A DNA stretch of 64,000 bases from assembly GCA_965235115.1 (NCBI GenBank), contig OZ249436.1:53446001-53510000 (forward strand), in the 5' to 3' direction. The notes beneath the pieces were generated by a model. It was given only the letters and a program-made list of their open reading frames with translations. It did no database searches and had not been told where the DNA came from. Shown in pieces: positions 51,091 through 62,707 of this stretch (the stretch's first letter is position 1; the number at the start of each line of letters is the position of its first letter). Source of the DNA: Laetmonice hystrix (taxonomy: Eukaryota). The position numbers and the translations under genes are program-made.

Positions 51091-51970
51091 TTAAGTGACC
51101 TTTTTGACAAACAGGTAGGGCCTACTCCTTTCACGTCGTTCGCGCATTTTTCTCCTATAGTTCTAATATTATATATTCAGTTGCAGAAGCCACTTGTTCT
51201 GCAATATGGTCCTAGAAGTCGTAATTAGGTAGGCCTACTTAGAGGTAATATAATTCAAGATGACTTCCTTTTAAAAAAAAACAGCTCGTATGTTTGATTA
51301 AAGTCTCGACAAGAGATCTACAATATCCTGTCAAAAATCCAGAATTTGATAGGCCTACAATAGCCCTATAGGCCCTATTATTATGATTAGGCCTACCACA
51401 TCCACCAGAAAAAGCTTTTTCTTTCTACTGGTACTTTAATTTTTCGGAGTTTCCGCTCTATATTAAAAGGGTACTTGACATACGCAAGGCCGGATCAAGG
51501 GGGAGTTGTGGGGGTTGCAATCTCTCCTTAGAAATCCACAAAAAAGATTGAAAGAAAAAACAAAAACAAAGGTGTCAAATGTCCGTCCTCCAACTTAGAA
51601 CCACAATGTGAATCTGTAATTTAAAGCGATAAGTAGTCTAGCCTATATATTTCATAAAATAATAATAATTTCGGACTAGACGATTGCAACCCCCCTCCCC
51701 TTGAAAAAAAAATCCTGGATCCGCCGCTGTATTAGGCCGACGCTCAAGTCGGGGAATGGTCGTGACGTCATGCGTAAGAAAAAATCGCTCTGGTGTGATC
51801 AGGTCCAGTCCACAGCGTATTTCGTCAACTGCCACCTAACGGATTGTAGCGCAATCAATAACACTTTAATGCCACCTAGTGTACACTCGGCAGAGTTTGA
51901 ACGAGAGCAAGGAGCAAGCAGCACAGATTCTCCCAACAAAGGCCGAATAAGGAAAGGTGTCGGGTCAAAG

Positions 51971-51978
51971 ATGTCACG
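51971..51978 (+). CDS. NUDT1: NUDT1 putative first coding exon (8 coding nt)
   Basis: AAAG ATG TCA CG|GTATGC; phase 2 matches the 54228 acceptor, giving [12 protein letters not shown] and a 177-aa protein. Confidence 0.5.
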
Positions 51979-52700
51979 GTATGCACAATTTTACCTTAGG
52001 GTAGTCAATAGAAAAGAATGACCGCGGTAGGCGTGGTTTAGGTGTTGGCCGGCGCCTTGCGACTGTCCAACGGGGACACGACTGCCCCACGGGGACACCT
52101 TCGGCGTGGTTCGGGCCAGTCAGTTCAGTTGGTGCAGGTCGCCCTGATGGCCGCAATCTAATTAGGTCCTGAGCCCCTTATTTAAGCATAATGTCCGATC
52201 TGTAACTTTCGCTATCTTTAGGCCTATCCCCAATATAACCCAACATCTGTGAAAGAGTTTTAGGTTTTGTAATATAAATCCCTCACTCCAACCCATTTTG
52301 AAAATGTAAGGGGGGGAACAAAAAAAACGGCAACGGGACGGAACACCGACAGCGAATTGGTTGACCTTGATGCGTGGACCGTGACCGGAAAAGCAGGTAT
52401 TATTGTACCTGGATACATAGTGGTTTCATGAAACATTTTTCTACTAGGGGCCTATACTTCGATTATCATTGAAAAGTCAGTCAAAGACAGCTTCTTCACA
52501 GCTCATATCTTTAGAACTGTTCAAGATAACCACAACTGTAGTTACTAATCATTCAAGCTAGGGTAAGAAGTTATATATGAATTTTATACTGCATTGCCTT
52601 CTATTAACTCAAGTGACCTTGAAAGGTCAGTTGATGCCATCCACTTTTTAAATGACCTTTATCTCCCAAACATTTGGAAGATAAGAACATATACAATATA

Positions 52701-53818
52701 CAGTTAGTTCCACTTAACCCGAACTTTTGGGGAGATCGAAAAAAGTTTGGGTTAACCGAAAATTCGGGTTAACCGAAATGGCCCCATTTAGGCTCGTAAC
52801 CATTAGGCCTATGTCAAAGTGAAACCGCTGTACATGTATGTTGTATATTTTACAAAAAAATTCACCTCATTTTATTGGTTCAGCTTAACATAAATATCGA
52901 TATATAAAAGGGCTTCTTCAATGTCGGGGTAGGCTGACTGTCGGATTTTCGTACGGGCCAAATCGCCGCAACCTTGGTCACGCTCAGCAAAAATCTGAAC
53001 ACGACTAGCCGGCTGCTTCCACTGAGAAATAGTGGTGGGGGGTATACCCAGGGGCGGATCCAGCTTTTTCCGTTAGGGGGGGTTCAAGGTAACACAGACG
53101 TGACCGTACGAGCGCCGAAGGCGCGAATCCTGCAAGCGCCGAAGGCGCGAAGCCTTCCTAGGGGGGTCCCGGGGCATGCCCCCCCAGAAAATTTTGAAAT
53201 TCAAGGTGTAATTTGTTGCAATCCGTTGCATTTTGGAGCACAAAATAAGCTATTCAATGACCAATGCGACCAAGGGCAAAAGGGCCTTCTCAAGTCCAAC
53301 AGCATCTTTGGCTATAGCAAGAAATCCTGCCTCCTGCCTAAAATTTTTTAGGTGGTTTTTTATCTTGCGACTAAAGAAAAAAAACTTCTAAATTATAATG
53401 TTAAGTTAAAATGTGTGTTTTTGCAAAATTTTAGGGGGGGGGGTCGAACCCCCTGAATTCAAAGATTAGCCCCTGGAGATCGTCTTTAAACTGTGAATGT
53501 TGGATCTATTGAATAACGTACAAGAGACAGCAGCAAAGAGAAGAGGTGTGACTCAACACTTACACAGGTGTGATGTTAAAGTGTTGCCTGTGTATACCTA
53601 GTCTGAGATTGTGCAAACAAAAAGTTTGGGTTAACTGGAAAAAATACCTCTTTGGAAATAAAAATCAGTTCAGGTTAACCGAAATTTCGGGTTAACCGAA
53701 TCCGGGTTAAGCGAACAAAATAGAGAGTATTAAATAGGAAATCTGCAGGGAAATTGAAAAAAGTTTGGGTTAACCGAAAGTTCGGGTTAACCGAGTTCGG
53801 GTTAAGTGGAACCAACTG
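52701..53818. mobile_element. Tigger/pogo-type MITE with TA TSD; nested G-run MITE at ~53049-53475
   Basis: TA|CAGTTAGTTCCACTTAACCCGAAC ... GTTCGGGTTAAGTGGAACCAACTG|TA; subterminal GGGTTAACCGAA repeats. Confidence 0.85.
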
Positions 53819-54227
53819 TAGTTATAAATTGTGATGGATAGTTTTGTTGGCGCTAATTTATTCAACTCGAGTGACCTTGAAAGGTCAAAAGCCCATATCT
53901 CTAAAAATGTTACCAGTTCACCATATATATACCCAGGTAGCTACTATGGCGTTTAATTTGGCACTATATTCTGTAAAAGGTCAAGCAATGTCAGGCATCT
54001 TTTCTACAGCTGTTACTCCGACTAGGTCTTGTCCAAATTAACTGTCTTGAGTCATCAGTCTTATGTCAGTGCTCGCTACAGAGATCAGCCTTTAATATAC
54101 ACTTGCTTGCCGGCTGCACATACATCGTGCTGTAGACCTTTTTGTGCTGTATTGTTTGTGCACAGGAAATGTCCTTCTTTGACTCCACTTTAGCCTTATT
54201 ATGAATTACAGATATTCCATCTTTCAG

Positions 54228-54380
54228 ATTTGTTCCAAATAAAGTTCTCACACTGGCATTCGTGCGCGACAATGCACGAATCCTGCTTGGATTGAAAAAA
54301 CGAGGATTTGGTAAAGGACGCTGGAATGGATTTGGTGGAAAAGTTGAACCGGGAGAGAATGTAGAAGATGCAGCCAAGAG
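54228..54380 (+). CDS. NUDT1: NUDT1/MTH1 oxidized purine nucleoside triphosphatase, exon 2
   Basis: [47 protein letters not shown], the MTH1 signature and first half of the Nudix box. Confidence 0.95.
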
Positions 54381-54514
54381 GTGAGCATGCATTCTCATTG
54401 AATACTAAACTCAAGAAAGTTGCACTCTTTTTAGTTTGCTTTGAAAATGTTAAGTTTAGAAGACCATGGTGTGTATAGAAAATGTTGCAGGAACGATATC
54501 TTTCTGTTTTGCAG

Positions 54515-54660
54515 AGAGCTGAAGGAGGAATGTGGTCTAGAGGCCAACAGCATGGACAAGGTTGGACTATTGATGTTTGAGTTTGTCCATGATCCACAGC
54601 TGTTGGAGGTTCACGTCTTCTCAACGAACGACTACACTGGGACAGTAACAGAATCAGATG
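54515..54660 (+). CDS. NUDT1: NUDT1, exon 3
   Basis: (R)ELKEECGL...VGLLMFEFVHDPQLLEVHVF...TESD; cag| and G|GTCAG. Confidence 0.95.
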
Positions 54661-55078
54661 GTCAGGCTCCAGACGGGACGGTCATTCCTTTTCCATTCCT
54701 TGAAAAAAATGTCACTTGAAAGTGATGAAGCTTTTAGAATATTTTGCAAATATATAAGATAAGAAAATCTCATGACCTTTCAAGGTATTCACTTCAGATG
54801 CAGCAAATGTACAAGAAAATTTATGCCAGCCAATTTGCGTAAATCCATTGAAAACAAAAAAATGTTATGAGTAGGCCCATATCCCAATAAGTTATCATTA
54901 TATTTAATGTCAAGTCCCCTTGTAACAGAGCAGATGATATGTCCCTTCTTTAGTACTCAACCTTGTTCTGTCCACGATTGCCTTAAAAACTGCTGTTGGC
55001 AGTCGTCATTACTTACTAAAAAACTCCCCAGCACATCACCATCGATACTCAAACTACATTTTACTTCTCCCTCTTCAG

Positions 55079-55305
55079 AAATGCGACCTCAATGGTACAA
55101 TATGGACAATGTTCCCTTCAACAAGATGTGGCCTGATGACATCATATGGTTCCCACTCCTGGAAAAGGGAGCCAAATTTTTTGGGTACATGACCTTCGAT
55201 GGTATGGATACAATAGTGGACGTACATCTAAAGGAAATTTCATGCCTTGATTCCATTCAAATACCAAAAGGCCCGCAGGAATCGCCTGGTAGACTGTTTT
55301 TATAG
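55079..55305 (+). CDS. NUDT1: NUDT1, last exon
   Basis: EMRPQWY...VPFNKMWPDDIIWFPLL...KFFGYMTFDG; stop at 55305, AATAAA ~20 bp later. Confidence 0.95.
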
Positions 55306-56454
55306 TCCTGTCTGATTATCGGATAATAAACCATTTTAGTCACTCATATTTACCCATCCCCTGCCTATAGCAGGGCAGATGTTTTGTTTTTATTGTGTTT
55401 CCCAGTACTTTTTAGACCTTTGTAATCTCAAAGATCAAATCAGGTTTGCACATACTCCAATATATGAACATGAATTTAGGAGGTCACGTAACAATCGTAG
55501 TAATTCTGTGTGAAAAAGACGAGTTCGTCCGGTATCGTATCCTTCATTGCCCCCCCCCCCCCCCCCCCGGTGCTCTGTAACTGGGTTTTCAAAAGTTGTT
55601 ACATGTCCAACCAAGTCTACAACTGGCGGTTTTAACAATTTTTTCATTGTCGGGATTTGCCTGACCCTCGACATTGGTTTCTTTCTCACTTCATTCTTAT
55701 CATGACCAGGGTAGACAACAGATTCAATATTCAATCCTCGGGGGTGTAGAAATGTCTGCGACTCCCAACACAATTATGAATTCTGTATATATTAATTGAA
55801 TTAATGCAACACACACTGATCCTAGATTTCCTTAGGCTTTACCATTATATGATGGTCACGATTAATGCTCCCATATGCCAGATTATGGTATGCATCAGTC
55901 TGGATTGGTTTGATATAATATAAAATAAATCAGCTATTCAACAAAAGCGGGAAAACACATGAGGTACCAGTACTCATTTAGTTTATACCATCTAAATGAT
56001 ACAAAATTTTACATGTGTTTACATGCCACCCAAACACCATTTTATATGCAACCATTCACACGAGATGGAGATAACAGTGTTAGATATACTGTTCAGTCGA
56101 TTTTCTCAAGTAAAATCCATTTATTCACTAACAAATAGATGTTCCACTAATTCTCCAGTTCTGAGTCCCTACCTGGTCATTCTCTCAGTCTGCAGCCCAA
56201 TTATTCACTGGTTTATCAGGTGTATCTTCATGTCCTCCTGTTGCAGTATGAAAGAGACTGCAATACTTGAATCTTAACTGACTTGAAACATTACGTCACT
56301 CTACCTCCATCAAACCCAACCTTTCTTCCTTTAGGTATTTTTTAAAGATCTCTGTCAACCTTCTATTCTGCACAATCCCACTATCGTAGATTTTTCAATA
56401 ATCACTGCTAAGACAGCACATTCACATGGAAATCCCTGAATAACTTGATGTAGG

Positions 56455-56523
56455 TTATCGCACTGGAGGTACCAGGCCAGGAACTGCCCCTCCTGATACT
56501 GCTGCGTTAGGTCCCAGCAGCAT
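56455..56523 (-). CDS. TOMM22: TOMM22, last exon
   Basis: cag|MLLGPNAAVSGGAVPGLVPPVR*. Confidence 0.9.
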   Translation of the reverse strand: MLLGPNAAVSGGAVPGLVPPVR

Positions 56524-56865
56524 CTGAATAATAGGGAAAACATTGCAAATCACAGTACACATTTAAACATAATATTTCAAGAACAATCCAAGATTACTGA
56601 ACTTGGACTTTAACTAAAGTCACCAACCCCTGACTGGGGCCTAAAGCTCTACTGCCTTGACCTAAACAGTGGTAACTTTAACTGCTCTATAATATATAAC
56701 CCTGAGCAGATATTTACAAATCATGCCAGTTGAAAGGAAAAGTGCCCAGTTCCATGAGTTAAGTTCCATGGAAATTGGGGGTGGGCAGATTCGAGGGGGC
56801 TTAACCCCCCCCCCCCCCCCCCGCCACTATTGACTTAATATAGACTTAAGTTTAATAAAACATAC

Positions 56866-57105
56866 CTGTCGTTGCTGGGCAAGTTGTTGCTCCTCCATTT
56901 GAGACCTCTCCGACTCAAACATAACTGGCAGGGCAAGAATAGTAGCAGAGGAAGCAGCAACCCACAAGCCAATCCTCCCTACATGGTAAAGCCATTTGGT
57001 AGCGCCCACTGACGCACTTGTTGTACCAGCTGTGAAGTTACGCAGACTTTCTGGGAACATCTCGGTCAGACCCCAGAGACGTTCAGTAAGTGTTTCATCA
57101 ATGTC
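56866..57105 (-). CDS. TOMM22: TOMM22 mitochondrial import receptor subunit, exon 2
   Basis: DIDETLTERLWGLTEMFPE...LWVAASSATILALPVMFESERSQMEEQQLAQQRQ; tag| and CAG|GTATG. Confidence 0.95.
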
Positions 57106-57292
57106 CTATAGGGAAGAGATCGGAATGTAATATTATATATGGTAGTCAGGACGGCTAGCAACTAGCGAGTATCCAATATAATAAACTTAAACTAAAGGGG
57201 GTGTTAGGGCTTTGAATTTGTTTCAGTTGTCGTATACAGAGCAGTGCCAGACGCTGTCACTCAGTTGTGTCCATTCAATGTAGTCGTATACA

Positions 57293-57659
57293 CAGTGTTG
57301 CCAACCAGGGGAACCCCAAAATTCCGGACCCATTCGCATCTTGTTCGCGGACACATTCTCCAGAAGTATTTTTAAGCTTTGATATAACTAGGTAATTGAG
57401 GAAACCTAGCGGTTTCTATAGACATTAGCATGAACATATCAAGCTACCATCACAGTGCCACCTATACACGACTTACTGAAATTCTTTGAGGATGGAAAAT
57501 ACGGAAACCCCAGACGAAATTCCTGGAATTCCGGAGGTTTTCAAACTTCTACATATTTTTTCTGGATTCCAGACCTTTTTTCCGGATTCCGGACCTCTTG
57601 AAAAGGTGACCTGAATTTCCAGAGGTTTCCGGTATAATTCCAGATGGTTGGCAACACTG
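57293..57659. mobile_element. CAG-ended MITE with 6-bp TSD (hAT-like)
   Basis: TATACA|CAGTGTTGCCAACC ... GGTTGGCAACACTG|TATACA; splits the second copy of a short tandem duplication. Confidence 0.85.
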
Positions 57660-58092
57660 TATACAGGGCAGTGCCAGACGCTGTCACTCAAGAGGAGATG
57701 CAAGTGCCCTGACCTAAAATTAGCTACTTATTGACCACCCTGAAACACATGCAAGGTAAATTCAGGTCTGAATACGGCAATTTGGTACATGTATCCAAAT
57801 GAGCCCCTTTAACTCTTGAACACTTTTGGAACCCACAGAATTTGAGTGACAATCGGCGAATCACACGCATCACATCCCTATTCTATATTTTGTATGTTCA
57901 CTGCCCAATGAATTTCATTGAATGTTGAAGTCAATGCCAAGTAAATAAACAGTCACGAGACAAATTTATTTTTTTCTGAGCTTTGCAGTGGTACCAAATA
58001 TATATATTGTAGGGCCTATATGCTACAAATATATCTAAAATGTGTAGTCCTTGCTACGGCTATGGTGATAAAGTGGCATGCGGTTCATTACC

Positions 58093-58557
58093 CGGTGAGA
58101 CGGATTACCAAAATCAACCAAAATCAAGGTATTTACCAAAATCAAGCCGATTAGTCAGCGAAACACCAAGAAATGCATAATATTGGCCATAAATGATCAT
58201 ACTCGTGCCTTTCGAGGTCTATAAATTTTGTAATTAAATCATTTAGAGCCTAATTAGAAACCAACCTGATTCGATGTTGCCGGTTTCCGGCTGCGGTGGT
58301 TGTGGCATGGCCCAGTGGTAAATGCCGTGGAACTAAATGTTTAAGTTTTTGGGTCGATTTCTTTATCTTTTCTATGTCTGGCGGTTTGTTTTTTTTTAAA
58401 TTTGGAAAAACCGTACTGTGTGTGTCTATACAGAAAACAGCGCTAACTATATTGTAACGTTATATGACTGAGCTAAAACGATCGAAAGAAAACTGTTTTA
58501 GCCATGATTTCGGTTTGATTTCGGTAAATAGCTTGATTTCGGTAACCCGTGGCACCG
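58093..58557. mobile_element. Degenerate TIR element in TOMM22 intron 1
   Basis: CGGTG..ACGG.TTACCAAAATCAA repeats at left; their reverse complement TTGATTTCGGTAACCCGTGGCACCG at right. Confidence 0.55.
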
Positions 58558-58607
58558 CACCCGTTCGTTACCTGCACCCCCCCCCCCCCCCCCCCCCCCC
58601 CCGTTAC

Positions 58608-58745
58608 CTCGTCATCGTCTCCCTCGTCCTCCTCCACATGATCGTCCACTTTGGTCGCCACAGGAAGACTCGGGGACTTTTCTTCGGCGGGCTTTTTGGT
58701 CTCTTCAGTTTTGTCCACGTCTCCTAGATCGTCCACTGTCGGCAT
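58608..58745 (-). CDS. TOMM22: TOMM22, coding exon 1 (acidic cytosolic domain)
   Basis: MPTVDDLGDVDKTEE...VEEDEGDDDE|GTAAC; phase 0; joined CDS 148 aa. Confidence 0.88.
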
Positions 58746-61700
58746 GGTTAGATCTTCTGCCTTCAAACTGCGATGGCCAAACTTCTCAGATGGTCAGACA
58801 CGCAATGACATCCAGCTTGCGGCAACAACCGGATGAAGTACCACACGATAACAAATGGTAAACTTGGCACACGCACAACTCCTACCCATTTACCTTTATT
58901 ATGGTGCAACCTGCCCCCGCCAGATGGCGGGACTAGCCAGCAGCTACCCCAGCATCCAGCCTGCAGCTACCCCAGCACCAATAAAGCCCAAAGATATTTT
59001 TGAAAACGTTGGAGCCAGGTGCAAGGTTTTTATTGAAACACTCGCTCTCTCCCAATCCAGACTGCTTCGATCAAGGTGTTTCCCGGTGCTCTGGTACCCC
59101 AGAGCCCCCTAGCGAGTCAGCCGAGAACCAGCTTACCTACCAGTTTGCCTATCGATACTATAGATGGCAGCACCTTCATCAGTTTGAAGTGGTATCCCAA
59201 ACCTGCATAAAAAAATTGCCATATTACCCCAGGCTAGAGGGGGGTAATATGGCCAATGCAACTAGACCCGGGGGCGGGGGGGGGGGGGTAGACGTTCACA
59301 TAACCCGATGGGGGAAGGGGAAGTTGCCCCCGGCATAAAATTTCTTTTATTTATGGAAGCCCCACTATTTAACATTAATAACACTGTTATTGACACATGC
59401 ATGGTAGCCTAGGCCAGTGCTACTTGCTCAGGAGGCACCCCCCCCCCCTCCGGGCCGCGTTTTTATAGGCCTATATCCTAGGGCAGGTTTATGTGATCAC
59501 AAAATCAGTAAGATTTCAGTGGCCGATCCAAGAGATTAACCCCCCCCCCCCCCCCAGCCAATTTTTCTTTTTTCCCCATAGAACATTCTGAATTGACCAT
59601 CCCACCCCACCCACATAGGCCTACATACACCCACAAACACACACCAGCAAGTTCTCCCCCCCCCCCCCCCCATTATCAAAATCCTGAATCCGCCCACGTG
59701 TAGGCCAACTATAGGCTATACTCTCTCCCGGGACTTCATTTCACCAATGTAGGCTTAGGCCTAGGCCTATAGGCCTAGGCCTAACTAGGGCAGGCCTAAG
59801 TCTCGGGCATCGACAACCCCCGAAACGCCTGTTGCCATAGGCCTAGTTGGGTATAGGCCCCGGCTAGATGTAGGCATAGCCTACAATAAAAATTGATCAT
59901 CGATATAGGCCTAGGCTACTAATTTCCTTTTCGTCCATCAATTTTAGTACAATTAATTAATGACCCTCATTAATAGGCCTAGGCCTATGTAAAAAAAAAA
60001 GTTTAATATGCGTAATAGGGCGCCTAATTTAGAAATATCGTAGGTCTACTTTTTCTTCTTGAGTTCTTAAATTGCGCAACCACTTTTCACGCCGAGATTG
60101 GAGGTGGGATTACGTTACGTTCGGTGTGATAGACCGAAGTGACAACGTAACGAGGCGGAGAAGGAATTCAGCACTGGATGACCTAACACATGCTCCTGAA
60201 GGCACAGTTTATAGATAGGCCTGTGTAATGTTTACTAAGGTTAGAACACTCGGGATCTGATAGAGATCTGTTGAGAGAACACGTGGATAAAAAATATTTA
60301 AAAACTAACAAAACTACGCCTCATAATTTGTTAACGACAACTGCACGTGATCGGCAATAACAATCATGAAAAGATTTTGATAAACTAATTAAACGTGGCC
60401 TACTTCCAAGTATGTTTATTGTCTAATATCATTTGGTAAAAATAGGGGCAGCCTACAGAAACTTGTTAAAAAAGGTAAGGGAAGGGGTATATAGGCCTAA
60501 TGGGTTTCCTTCCTGGCATGGGAAGCCCCCCCCCCCCCCCCCAAAAAAAAAAAGGCCTAGGCCTATCTAAACTTGCTATAGGCCCAAGTATATAACTTGA
60601 CAGTTCAGCGAGGAGGGAATTCCATCTGGGCCCACCCCACCCCCACCCCCACCCCCACCCCCACCCCCAAGCCCCCACCCCCCGGCCGTAGGCCTAAACT
60701 GCCCCTGTCCCTGACTTTAAAAATGAGAGGCTCGTCTCATGACTATAGTCCCATGAGCAGCACGAGATCGGTTATGACCATGAGAGGTTCATAATAGCTA
60801 TAAGTGAAGTGGAATCTACGTGGAATCTGTTGTTTCAGAACATATAAGGCCAATATGGGTGGCGGCCCCTTTTGATAATGGTATAGGCCTACTAAGGTAG
60901 CAAGTGCAATTTTCGCTCCGGTAAAATCGATGGTGTTTAGCGCCATACGGTCGTGCCGTCTGGGATATATCCCAAACGTAAGAAAAAGATAGGCCGACAT
61001 GAGAAGCGAAGTGATAGCAGAAGTCGTAGATAGGTTGTAGCAGTATTTTTGCTGATAGATCGTCACGCTGACTGATCAGACGATGCAAGTGGTGAGACGT
61101 GCTGTTCACACCTTGCGTTGTTGTGGGCCGTTTAGGTCCATTTGTTGTTGTTGTGGGGTTTTTTTTTGGGGGGGGGGGATGTAACGTCCAGCCAAATGGC
61201 TTTGTAGGAATTTCTAATGAATGACTGTTACTGTCATCCTTAGTTCCTGGTAACGCATTTTCCTGGTACCTTGATCTAGTTTTGTGTACCGGTACATTTT
61301 TTGAGACACACTCTATATTAGGCCTATTACATTTTCTGATATGTCTTATAGAACTTGAGAAAACTTCAAGATAGAAAACTTTAGAACTTGGAGACTATTA
61401 GCGCTGGGTTAGACAATGTTGTACCCAATCTGGAAGCTACATGCATGTAAAGTCAGCCGCATCAGTAAACGGCCGCATCAGTATTCTTTAACAGTGGCTC
61501 TGACAGTGGCCGGTAATAACGTAAACGTTAACGACAATATAAACCTACAATGTAGGCCTACTTACGGACGCTGAACCATTGCCATACAATCTGAATCACC
61601 ACTGTCAGTGCACAGAGGTCACAGCATGGAAAGATTAGATTCTTCCAATTCAGTCCAATATGAGGACTGTTTACAATGACAGGTCTACAGTTCCAGGGGC

Positions 61701-62185
61701 GGGTCCAGCTTTTCAAGGGGGAGGGGGAGGGGTCCATTATAATAGTTTTGACGTAATCTTATTTTCAGCCAATTTTTACTATGGCAGGAGAGACGTTTAA
61801 TTTTTGATAGCGTTTCCCAGTCCTTTCTTCCTTCCTTCCTTACTTACTTCCTTACTTCCTTCTTTCCTTCCTCCCTTCCTCTCTTACCCCGTCCCTCCGT
61901 CCCTCCCTGCTCTCCCTCACTCGGCGTAGGGTGACGAGTTCCCTATTATGCTGCATGCACATGTTCCCATTCGTATAAATTCATGTGGGATTTCACGGTC
62001 AAAATATCACCCTGCATGGGCAGTCGGCGGCTAAACTATCAACAGGGTCTTATAAATGTGAGAATGATGACAGTGGCAGTTGATTGCTGCATGTCACAGC
62101 CTTTCTCTCGGTACTCTCGTTTCTAGCAGTCAGACTGAAGTCGATTCCGACGACTGCTTGGCTGTCTATAATGCACCAACATTAA

Positions 62186-62707
62186 AGGGGCATACTATGA
62201 AACACGTTTTTGAGGATTTCCGGCAATTATCCAACATGACCGTGTACTAGGGATCCAAGTAAATAATCCTACCACAGCATTTTGTCCTCCGACGTGTTTT
62301 CGCTGCGTATGCAGCACAAGTAGGTTCTATACGACCAAACCTATAGATTTCTCCCGATAGCACATGTATCTCCCGCCATAATTTAGCGGACAACCTCCCA
62401 TCAACCCGTGTAACTGCATACTGTGTCACATCCTGTGTGTGCACTCTCTGCATGTGCTTAGTCACGTGCTTTGCTTAGTTGTAAACAATTCAGCAGTGGC
62501 ACTCGATCGCCCGGCATCAGAATGCCACCCAAAAAATATTTCACGAAATCGGCAGAGAATCGAGCAAGGGAGCTTAATAAACTTCGATTTCTCACGCAAA
62601 ATAAAACTGATAAGTCTGTCTTTGTTTACCAAGCAATTTTAATGAAGGAGCACAAGCAAAAGTTCTATGAAATACCGATTTTTAACGTTTCCTCATAATA
62701 TGCCCCT
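62186..62707. mobile_element. Non-autonomous DNA transposon with TTAA TSD (Kolobok-like), copy 2
   Basis: TTAA|AGGGGCATA ... TATGCCCCT|TTAA; homologous to 9097-9621. Confidence 0.85.

Noticed and set aside
52370..52396. Alternative NUDT1 first coding exon ending CAG|GTATT
   Set aside because: Its ATG is followed by an in-frame stop and the phase-2 frame has no ATG; at most non-coding.
58304..58362. tRNA gene (A-box TGGCCCAGTGG, B-box-like GGGTCGATT)
   Set aside because: No complete cloverleaf could be formed; at most a decayed tRNA-derived SINE head inside a TIR element.
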